The position numbers were made by a program, and so were the translations under genes. The notes beneath the pieces were generated by a model that was not told the DNA's origin, searched no databases, and worked only from the letters and a program-made list of their open reading frames with translations. Below are positions 38,919 to 50,202 of a stretch of 64,000 bases of DNA, piece after piece. Location: the NCBI GenBank assembly GCA_016748015.1, contig JAAOMT010000183.1, forward strand, positions 805,574 to 869,573, written 5' to 3'. Origin of the DNA: Geosiphon pyriformis uo1 (lineage: Eukaryota; Fungi; Glomeromycota). Numbering within the stretch: position 1 is the stretch's first letter; each line of letters starts with the position of its first letter.

Positions 38919-39250
38919 CTAAATTTCAAAAAAATAAAACATAAAAGTAAAAGAGATATTTCTTTATTATTAAGAAACGACAGGGTGAAATCTGAGATAA
39001 CAAATAGTAAAACCTGCGATGATCAGCCATCTAATGTAAAACCTGCGATAGATTGGTAAAACCTGCGATAGATCAGTAAAACCTGCGATAGATTAGGTAG
39101 CTTGGGTAAAACCTGCGATAGATTGGGTAAAACCTTCAATAGGGTAAAAAACTGTAAACCCCGTGATCGTATCAAGTGAGAAAATGAAATATATAAAATG
39201 TGTAAAGAAGGTAAAGGTACATTATCTTTACTACCATAACATTATCACTA

Positions 39251-40118
39251 ATGGGCGATTATGCTTTGTCTACTAGCTCTATTGAAACAAAAAAGGCCAT
39301 TTGGCGCCCATTATTGTCAACTATTCGATGCATACAAGTGCCACTTATAGAAGTACCCTCAGTGTTAGACTTATATATGTTTGATACGGTATCCCTAGGA
39401 GGTGGTAGTCTTTGTAACGGCTATAAAATTCTAGATCATGACTGTATACATAAGAAGCGGGTAAGAGATTGTTATTTATATGAATTATACTTCTGTATAT
39501 ATAATATTATTTTATTGAATATTAAGGTACGTGAAGGAGATGTAAAAGCCATTACACTTGTAAATGAAGATGCAAACAAAAATTCAAATTCAAAGTTGGC
39601 ATACGTAGAATATCTTGGATGTTCCAATAGGGTATAAAATAAAGAATAATTTCTAATCAAAATTAAAAAGTATTAACTTTATCTTTATTTATAGAATGGG
39701 TGATACCGTATCAAAAAGACAAATCGACCAGCGACTGCCTCTGATCCTTGTCATCAATGTTACGGGAATTAGCACCATTAATGAAAAGACATCTCTTCAG
39801 AACAAAGATTTACCAGAAGAAATCAATTTTCCTAAAGGAAATCAAATTACAAAACAAAGGTAAATTTGAATTAAGTTTATCACTTACTGTATTTATTTAT
39901 TAATTTTTTAATATAGATATCGCCTGATGGGAGTTTCTTTTTGTAACGACATCCATCATATTGCCGATGTTCGTTTCGAAAATGTTAAAAATTCTGGCTG
40001 GTATCAATACGATGGGTTGCAAAAAACTTACAAAGTAAGGGCGATGGCAATTGGAAGTTCGCGTCCTCCTCCCAAAAGTGGTTATACAATGGATTTTGTC
40101 ATCTATGGAAAGATTTAA
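39251..40118 (+). pseudogene. Intron-containing USP/peptidase C19-like C-terminal fragment inside the TIR element
   Basis: PLILVINV...LPEEINFP...YRLMGVSFCNDIHHIADV...GWYQYDG...FVIY resembles the USP His-box region. No Cys-box seen. Confidence 0.5.
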
Positions 40119-40146
40119 GTTTTTTGCAATAAAAACTGATCGTTAT

Positions 40147-40475
40147 ATGTAATAAAGAAGGATCTCTATTTTAAAGCTTACCTGTTTCAATAATAACAGT
40201 ATTACTTGTTTGAATTTTCCATTCAAAGTTGTGTCACTTAGTTTGGTCAACTTTACAGTACTTTCAATTGGGTCTGCTCTCAAAAGGTGCCGTTGTTCTT
40301 AAAAACTGGTTGCTACATGTAATAAAGAAGGACCTCTATTTTTAAGCTTACCTGTCTCAGTAATAAAAGTATTACTCGTTTGAACTTTCCATTCAAAGTT
40401 GTGCCACTTAGTTTGGTCGACTTTACAGTACCTTCAATTGGATCTGCCCTCAAAAGGGGCCGTTGCTCTTAAAAA
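40147..40475. repeat. 170-bp tandem duplication inside the TIR element
   Basis: atgtaataaagaagga... starts at both 40147 and 40317; the copies differ mostly by transitions. Confidence 0.9.
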
Positions 40476-40619
40476 ATGTCTATTTATCGCAGGTTTTACC
40501 CAATCTACCTAATCTATCGCAGGTTTTACATTAGATGGCTGATCATCTCAGATTTCACCCTGTCGTATTAAGATTATAATTTTATTTTTTCTGTTAACTT
40601 TAAAATTAATATTTACTGC

Positions 40620-41484
40620 TGTTACAGGGGATTATTTCTGCTGTTGAAGTAAATAACAACCCGTAACTTGGTGCTCAAAAGCTACTTCCGTTGATGATGT
40701 TCTGAAGGTGTTGTATCTGAAGGTTTTGATGGAGTCCTTTGTATAATGGACAAAGATTCAATAGTGGTGGTGTTCGCATGTGTAGTTGTTTCCCAATTTC
40801 TTTTTCAGCTTGGTGGCCGAATTTATTCTGGCAGTCGTGCTCTTCTGATAAGCTAACCGATAATATATATAACTCTACCCTTATTTCTGGGTCTTTTACC
40901 AGGCTATCTGTGACGTCAATAACTCAGCGCTTTTAATTTTCAATTAATTAGTATGCACAATAATCAAATCAAAATAAAATAAAGAAAAGAAATAACAGAA
41001 AAATAAAGAAAGAAAAGAAATAAGCCCAGGCAGTTTGGCAGATTAGTATTCCGTCAATAGCCGTGATCAAGAGCTATTGTTCCAGTGTGGTTAAGTATCA
41101 ATTACTATCAACATGAAGTGTTGATAGTGGAGAGTGGATTGAGATATGGAATAATTATTTATTTGATGATTTTGTTTCTTGGCTAAAAATTCTGTGGTAT
41201 CGATTCTGTCTTTTCTGTTTCTAACACTACCACTATATATACATAATTGGGGTTCCTCAATTCCTCGATTCTTCACGACAGGAATCCTGGAATTCCTGGA
41301 ATCCTGCGATTCCTTTGAAAGGAATCCTGGAATTCTGGAATCTTGCAATTCCTCATCAGGAAATTCTGAAATTCCTGGAATCTTGCAATTCCTAAAAGGA
41401 ATCCTGGAATTCCACATTTACTACACTTACTTCTGATTGGCTAATAATTATGCTAATATATTTCCTATATTTCTATGAGTAACA
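40620..41484 (-). repeat. Solo LTR E (element C family, least mutated copy)
   Basis: TGTTAC...GTAACA ends, TSD CTGC at 40616-40619 and 41485-41488, colinear with the C LTRs. Confidence 0.95.
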
Positions 41485-43250
41485 CTGCTATAAGCTTTTT
41501 AGATTCATATTTTATATTGGTTTTTATGTTAAAAAATGCTAATTTACCAAGAAAAAAGTCTGTTTTATTATCAAAACTCTATATTTTTTCTTTTATTTTT
41601 TTTAGTTTTTGTGTAAAATTATTATTAATAGAACCAAAAACAGTCTTTTTGGTTACTCTTTTTTTATTATAATTATTTTTTTTATTAGCAATTTAATAAG
41701 TGAAGCCCAACCACTATCTAATACATAAAACCAGATTAAGTGGCTTAAACTAAATGCAATTCACACTCTTACTATATGTAATTAACTATTTAGGCCAAAC
41801 AAAACAACACTATACATCTATGTTAATACACACATCACTACTTAAGCCAGAAAAAAAAGACATAATTTATGTCTATTAAAAATAACTGCAAAAGACCCAA
41901 TAATGCCAAGCAACCAAATCACTTCATTAAAAAGCATAGACACTACACTACAAAACAATCCTAATATTAAACCACTATTTACAACCAATTCAGTCTTCTT
42001 TATATCCATTCTATAACTAAATCTTATTAGCCACTCCTTAGTTTAATACAATTTTACCAAATGTTTCATATACTCAATAACAATAAAAAAAAGCTTCTTT
42101 TTTTCTATCAAAAATCTTAACAGCCTCTAAATACCAATTTTTTAACACAAATTCTTTATAAATTATTGTGTATAAACTTATATTAGAAAAACATTTAGAA
42201 AATGTTCACAAAATAGTAGAAAAAAACAAATCATAAACACCTGCCAAAGCAATCTATTGTGCAGAAGTCTTAACCAAAATTTTATTCTAAATACCAATAT
42301 TTTAAACACAGGTAAACACATAGTCAAACAACTTTACCTTATTATACAGCAAATACAGTATACCAAAATATTTTTTATTATATAATCTCTTCCTAATTAT
42401 TACCAGCAACTATTTATGTACAGTTTTTATTAAGTATGTGTATAGATTTGCAAACTTTTTATTAGTAAACCCAAAAAGCATATATGAATCAAAATGCTAA
42501 ACTTTTGCAATAGTTATCCAATCTATTTTTTTAATCAGTATACTTAAAATTACATCATGACCAAAACCAGCTTCTTAATAAATATAACAAATGAAATTAT
42601 ACAAATCTTAAACAAAATAATAGATATTATTAAACACAAATGTGCTTTCAGCTATTAAAAAACATTCTTGCATTCTTAATGGCAAAAAAAAAGAATAAGC
42701 AACTTTATCAGTTATTATATTAGCTTCAATATTACCACAAATCCTTGAATAACTTTTAACTTTCACCTAATTTATAGTAAGATTTTTATCTCTAATCAGA
42801 TTAACAATATGTTTTTTTTCTATTTAGCATGGATTATAAAAGTTAAGTACAGTAAACATTAATTTAGAAACACATATATTAATAACAGCCAAGCTGTTAA
42901 AATACAAAATAACTGTACAAAAAGACAAAACACACTCTAAAGACAAAGCAACAGTCTGTAACTTAGCCATAGTAAAAGACAAAAGCCTATGTACACTGAT
43001 ATCAATACCCATATTTACAGCTGGAAAATACACAACTGTCTTACTAACAATATTAATAAAACTAGTGTTTTTTAAAGAACCATCTGTAAAAACATCAATT
43101 AAATCAAACCAAATTTTATGCAAACTACACCATATATTAAACAACTTTTTAAATACTAAAATGTTTAAGTCTAATAACTGGTTAGCTTTGGTAATATTAA
43201 GCAACAAGAAACTCTTATTGTGCAAAAATTTTAACACAAGCTTAAACTAG

Positions 43251-44654
43251 TATTACTGAAAGATTTTTACACTTTTTAATGCAAAAATTACAACACATAC
43301 AATAGAAATTAACATCAAAATCATGTGAAAAAAGCCTATATTATTGCACTTAATTAAAAAAATCAGCCAGCAATCTGAAAATAAATGATCAATAATCAGT
43401 TCAATTACAACAAAAAAATATGGCACAATCCAACAGTTTAACTAAGTTGGATACAAAGAAATTTTGGCAAACTAAGAAACACCAATAGAAATAAATGATT
43501 AATGTATGTAATCTGATAACAACAGATTTTGTTATGTTCCAAGATTCTTATATGCTTTTATTAAAACAATCTAATATTCCAGATTTGTGATCAATAATTA
43601 AAAGTAATTACCAAAAAATGTAATTAATTGATCTACTTCTGATTATGTTGATCATAATTACAATTGGTATTATTGATTTACAATTAATGTTTTAAATTCG
43701 GTTATTTAAATTTGATCATCTAAATTATTAGCTTTTAGACAAATAACAGACTGAATAAGCTCATCATAAATTAATTAATTTAATGTATATAAATAATTGA
43801 TGTATTTAAATAGTTCTAATATAGTATGTAGATCTGATGTAATTTAGCTATATATACAGTTTCTTTGTTAGTTTAGGAAAGTATTAGTTAAATACTGAGC
43901 CAACTTTTTGCTATAGTTTTATAGTGAGCAGTTAGTTCTTTTTTCTATTTCTTACTTTTTTTTCCCCTTTTTCTATGCTTTAAATACTTGTTATTACAAT
44001 TTCAAGTATGTCTTCTTATATTTTTTATCACTATTTGGAATTATGTTATTCATAATCTTTTACCTACTTGTTATTATTATTTCAAGTTGTTCTATTACTC
44101 TGATTTTTCAAAATCTAGTGTTATCATCATTTTACATTAAGTTTTATTTCACTAAACAAGTTGCTAAATATAAAACTAAGTAATAAAATATTATGTATTA
44201 GAGAGTGGTCTCAACAATAAAAAGTTTAATCAAAATTTATTTCAGTTATGTTTTACTTTTACAATTTCTTTATAATTCTTATAACTTTATTTTCAAAGCA
44301 AACATTTGAACACCACACTTTTTCAATGATTAATTGAAAAAATTCTGGTTATGTATTTATTAAAGTAGTTGGTTTTACTTCTGTTATTAGTTGTACTTTT
44401 AATACATATAAAAAGATGTGACTTTTTTTTCCTCTTTAAAATACCTAAGACTGGTTTTTGCCCAAAAACAAATAATAATGACAATATTTTCTTTCATTTT
44501 TAATGACTTTATCATGTACTTTTTTTGCTCTCCCACTTGCTAAAATAGTCTATACACTCATAATATGCTATAGTCAATAGTATAATTATGGTAATGTGTA
44601 TTACCAGTTGAGTTAAGAAATGTTTTCAAATATTAATAAAAATTACTAGTAATA
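43251..44654 (+). repeat. Solo LTR G (different subfamily, 1404 bp)
   Basis: tattac...gtaata ends, TSD ctag at 43247-43250 and 44655-44658. The LINE reading frame rejoins across it. A U5 inverted repeat at the right end and a T-rich tract indicate + orientation. Confidence 0.75.
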
Positions 44655-45143
44655 CTAGTAAAAAACAGAATCCTTAGAATTTAATCTTTTTTAACAACAA
44701 AAGTCTTCTAGTCCATTACAGCACTTTTTTTATTAATAAGCCTATTATCAAAAGCAATCTTAAACTGTTTCAAAAAATAAACAAAACCAAAATACAAAGA
44801 TTTTTCCAAAATTATTAATATTAGAAACTTACCAGAACTATAAAATACATTGAACAGATTGTTTATTAAAAACAACTTATTGTCCAAGAAAATTTTCATC
44901 ATCTCAGCCAAAAAATTATTTACTAAACTAATACATAACTTGATAGAAAACTGTAAAGAATTCAAAAAAGCCCAATCCAAAACCAGTAAATTTTAAAATT
45001 TGTGATTAAATAAATGGCCAAGAATACTTAAAGCATTAGAAAAAATAACCAAAGCAGCCAATTTTTCTTCAAACTGCACTTGTTTAAACAACTTCAAACT
45101 ATATAAAGAAGAATAATATAAAGCCTTATTAGAAAAGTCATGT

Positions 45144-46050
45144 TATTATAGATGATTATTTAGGGTGTTAATACAAATAACAAACCTGTAACTTGGTACT
45201 TAATAAAAAATATGGTTGTTAATATCAAAAGGTTTTTATGATCTGAAAATTTTGGTTGAGTTCTTTGTATAATAAACAGAGATTCAATAGTTGTTTTATC
45301 TGTAGCTTTCCAAAATTGCAATTTCATCAAATTTTTTTCTCAGCATAATGGTTGGTAATTTTTCTGATAAACTATCCTCAATTTTTGAATGTTCTACTCT
45401 TATTCTTGGATCTTTTACCAGTTACTTTGATGTCAATAACTCAATGCTTAATCTTTTTAATCAATTTAGTAAACAACAAAAAAAAATAAAAAAAAATAAA
45501 AAAATAAAATAATAAATAAGAAATAAGTATCCTGTCAATAGCCATGATTAAGAGCTATTATGCCAGCAGGTTAAATAATAAATAATAACATGGGTTTGAA
45601 GAATTAAAGAAATATTTTATTAATATAATTCCATTTTGGTTGATAACAACTATTTTTAAAAGGAGAAGTATTTAATAATTATAATCTGTGAGTCTAATTA
45701 ACTCTAAAAGTCCAATTGACTCTGGAAGTTTAATTGATTCTAGGAGTCTAAGAATCTAATTGACTAATTTTCTAGCTTTTGATACTACTGCTATATATAT
45801 ATAAATTTTATTGTATAAGATTTTTTGAATTTTTCAATTTTTTAGCCAGAAATCCTGAAATTTCTGGAATTCTGTAATTCTTTGAGAGAAATTCTGTAAT
45901 TCTAGAATCCTGCAATTCTTTACACAAGAATTCTGTAATTCTGGAATCCTGCAATTTTTTTAAAAAGAATTCTGGAATTCCATTTTTACTATGTTTTATT
46001 TTGATTGGCTATTCTTCTAATTATAATGCTCTTAATTTCTATAAATAACA
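45144..46050 (-). repeat. Solo LTR F (A/C-related)
   Basis: TSD ATGT at 45140-45143 and 46051-46054. Shares U5 motifs and GGAATTC-type U3 repeats with C and E. Confidence 0.9.
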
Positions 46051-49000
46051 ATGTAGTAAACCAGCTTTAGACTTAAGTTCTTTTTTAATCATAACATTCT
46101 ATTTGCAGTATACACTTAACAAAATAAAACTGAACTGAATTCTATAACTAATTATTAACTGTAAAACAACTGACACCAAATAAAAAAACTATTTATTTAT
46201 AATAGCCTTTCTAAATACTACATTAATAAAAAAACAAATGTTTGAATAAGTCTTGACTACATTTGGCTTGAACAGCCCATCTATTAACAAAAAAATTTCC
46301 AAATACTTGTACACTTCACTCTTTTTGGCAATCAAAATTGGCAGACCACTAATCTTTAAAAAAGCAATCTTAATATCTTAATTGATAGAAATAACCACTG
46401 TTTTCTTATTATTGATCATAAAAAATTTGCTGACAATGTTCAAAATATACTGTGTAGAAGTCTGACTATTCCTAATCCAAATTGTGTTATTAACAAATAC
46501 ACCAGCTAAAAAAAAAGATGACATTTTATTATTATTCTCAATTCTGCCAGTTTTTATCACGAAATTAGAATTAATTTAGTATTTACACAAATGTTTATGC
46601 TATTTAACTTCATACAAAAGTGAATCATAAAAAATATTCCAAAAAAAAGGTAAAAAGACTTCATTCTGATTCAATCTATCATGCACCCTATAGTTACTTA
46701 AAAGACCAAAATCTGTTATTGCTTTATTAACTTTATTCTTGTGTATGCTACCAAAAAATTTGATGAATCTATCACACATTTTGATCCACTACAAGCTAGC
46801 TTACAAATGATGCCAACAACTGAGTTATATGCTTTGTATATATTTTGTAGAACCAACCAAAGCTCTCTATTTTTTTTTAAAGTATTTTTAATTACTAATC
46901 CAATAACAAACACAAAGAACAAAATAGATGTACTCTTTAAAACCAAAAAATTATTACTTCAGAAAACATCAAACTTGTTGTATACAAATAAAAATCCAAT
47001 CAAATAGAACTTTAAAAAAAAAATTTTCCCAATTTTAATTAAAGCAATAGATTAAGTATTTATTAAAACTCTATTTTAATTATAAGATTTAGAAATTATT
47101 AAAACTCATGCTTTTCTTTACAAAACAGAAACACTACCAAGAAACAAATATGTATTCAATAATTTTAAAAGACATTCTATTATCTTATTACCACTATGCT
47201 TTTAAAGTTTATTAGAAATACCAGAAAAATTAGCAGCTTTGTTATTAGACAAACTGTTAATTATCAAAAGCAATTCTTCCATACTGATTTTTTTTATCAC
47301 ATTAGCAAAAGCATCATTATTTATGTAATTCAACAATACATATTGGCAAGTTTAAAAGTTAGGCATTATCAGAAGTATAATTTATTTCCTTGTTTAATCT
47401 TCTATAATTTTATTAATATTAAGCTTTACTTATTTTGTTTTAAGAACCAACTTACCATCTATTATCAAATAATTCAGCACTACTTTGTGAAACAACTAAT
47501 CTAAAATACATCTAATTATATCTTTTTTATTAGACTAAAACTTTCCATGCATTTTTTAACAGTCTTTTTAATAGATGTTTTCTTAGCCAATTTGGATTCA
47601 TACATTTTGAACTTTCTGTAACTCTTTCAAATTGATAACAAATATTTAATAATATTAGGCAATTTCATATTATTTCGAACCATATTTACTAACTTAAGAG
47701 TTTTATTACCATCTAAAGTTAACTATTTCTTAATAAGACAATTAAATTCAAGTATATTTTCTGAGCTCAACCTCTTAACAATCTTAGCAATAAGCAATTC
47801 TAATTCATAAAACTTAAAAAACAGTCTGTTTTTTGAATACTAATACTTACTAAACCAATGTCTGAAAAATATTGTATTAACTAACTTTACTATTACTTTC
47901 TTCAGTAATTTCCACATAGTATTCAAATTATTACTAACTTTAATATCTAAAAACTCATCCTCTACTGCCAAAAGTTTGGTAGTAAAACATTTTTAAAATA
48001 TATCTATTTAGCACCATTTGCATTCTTGATTTTAAACTTTCAACAATCTTTGTTAGCTTACTTGTATATGTTATTTAAACAAACATCCAAAAGACTACCT
48101 AGACCAATTAACACCAGAACAGCTTTGTAATCAGTATTAAAGAATATAAACACAGAGTTAACACCATAATCAACAACTATAGATAACAAGCTTTTACTTA
48201 CAAAAATGTAATTTATAACTTTTTTAACATCTCTTAAGTTGTTCTAAGTTAATGTCTTGATTAAAAAATGTCTACCAAATAAGTTGACCAAACCCAAATC
48301 CAAACAGAATTTATAATTTGCACTTTTTTTAGATTTATTTTTGTTAAAATTCTTACCCAAGACCACAAAAGTGCTGAAGTTGATGGCATTACCAATAAAA
48401 AAATTAATCTCTGAAGTCTGACCAAATCTAGTCTCAATAGAAGCACCAGTATATAAACCTAAAACTATAATTGAAAGCTTGTTCTTAAAAAAAAGCTGCA
48501 CTAAAACAATACAACTAAGAATTTTTTTTACCTTTAAAACATGTTGAGTTAAGAAATTGTTTATAACAATAGTCACACCAGCACCAAAAAAACTTTTTTC
48601 TAAACCAAACATAAAAACTCATACTCTATCAAACCTATTTGCAATCCACAGCTTGATACTAAACCTTAGCTTCATTTTCATTACAAAAAAAACCATATTC
48701 TCTGATTTCATATGTCAACAAACAATATTTTTTTGTTTGGCAAGGACATTGATATTTTAAACATTACACATGGCAAATTTCCAGACCAAATCACTTATTA
48801 AAAAGAAAAAAACACCAAAAAATCTAAGCTAGTATACAATTGATTCAACTTTGTCAAGACTATATCAATAGAAACTTCAAGAGCCATTATTTTAGATTCC
48901 AATTCATTTATCTTGATAATTAGAATCTTAGATCTATTTACACCTAAATCTAAAACTGTATTATTTGCAGCTAAAGAAAAAAAAACAGATAACATAAGTA

Positions 49001-50202
49001 AAATATCTAAAACTATATTCAAATCCAAATTTAACTTTAAAAAAACAGACACAGTAAAAAGAAAGAGTTAAAAAACAGTGTTACCTGAGTAGAAAAACCA
49101 ATCCAAAGTTATGAAGAAACGTGACATAACACAGAATAGTGCAATAATGTTGGATAATATATTATAATATAGAATAATGTGTTATAATGCAGGATAATAC
49201 AGAATAGTGCACAATAACGTAGGATAATGTGTTATAATGCAGAATAACACAAAATAACATGTAATAATGTCAGATAATGTGTTATAATATAGGATAACTA
49301 GCAATAATGTAGAAAAACAAAGCAATAACAGAAATAACAAAGCAATAGCTAGTGATAGCGAGACAATTAAAAGCAATCCTGTAAAACCAAAAAAATGTAT
49401 AAAAGCAAGTAGTTGTAGAAGTTAGAAAAGGCAAACAGACAGATAGATATGAACCTCTAAACAAGAATCAAATATCCATACCCCTTTATCATTTATTATC
49501 TTCCTTATTTCATTTTCTGAAATAAACCAATTATTAAAGAACTCAGAGTCACAAATTCATGTTCCTGAACTTCATAGAATTTATGTGAATTAACTTTTGT
49601 CTCATACCTTCGTTTTAGGACAGATGCTCTTAGCATAACCACCTTAAATAATCAACAATTTGGACCAATCGCTCTTGATCATGGCAATTGACGATACTAA
49701 TTTATCTTTTTTTTCTTTTTTTTTCTTTTTTTTTCTTTTTTTTTCTTATTTTTTTTGTGGAGTGGCAACATAGTAAAATTAACTGTCTGGGAATAGACTT
49801 CGTAATAGCCTGGTAAAAGAGGGAAGCTCCTCTTAAGTTTTGGATATTAACTTTATCTTGTTAGCTTACCAAAAAAGCGAAAAAACAACACCAAACCCTA
49901 ATGACTGCACTTGTTAGCTTGGAAAAGAAAGCTTACATTTACAGAAAACGTTGTAATCAATGAAAGACAAACTCTGTGCCTTATAACAAAAGAACTCAAT
50001 GGGTAAATTCACATCCAGAAATAGATCTTCAGAGACTGATAATCAAGATTAAGCCAACAGAATTACATAGAAGACACATCATCAATAATTGAAAGCACCA
50101 AACATTACTATTTCCCATACCCACCAAGTTTACTCATAACATTTGGTGCTCCCTGTGAGGTTATAAATCCACAGAGACAGAGCACCTCAGAGATACACAA
50201 AA

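Larger units (their letters stand above)
38977..40566 (+). mobile_element. Non-autonomous TIR DNA transposon with subterminal repeats
   Basis: TIR acgacagggtgaaatctgagat at 38977 and its reverse complement ending 40566. Five GTAAAACCTGCGAT repeats on the left and two inverted on the right. Flanks attaagaa/attaagat (7/8 match, TSD-like). Confidence 0.85.

Noticed and set aside
38995-39140. Regularly spaced GTAAAACCTGCGAT repeats resembling a CRISPR array
   Set aside because: Spacers are very short and similar, the repeats are mirrored at the other TIR, the context is eukaryotic and there are no cas genes. They are subterminal transposon repeats.
41091-41436. ORFs 41091-41417 and 41179-41436, and similar ORFs at 49182-49464 and 58273-58555
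   Set aside because: Artefacts of LTR tandem repeats.
50025-50040. TTCAGAGACT resembling the group I intron R element; GCCTGGTAAAAG loosely like a twister ribozyme segment
   Set aside because: No P/Q/S partners or twister stems found, and the R-like motif is not conserved in the other LTRs.
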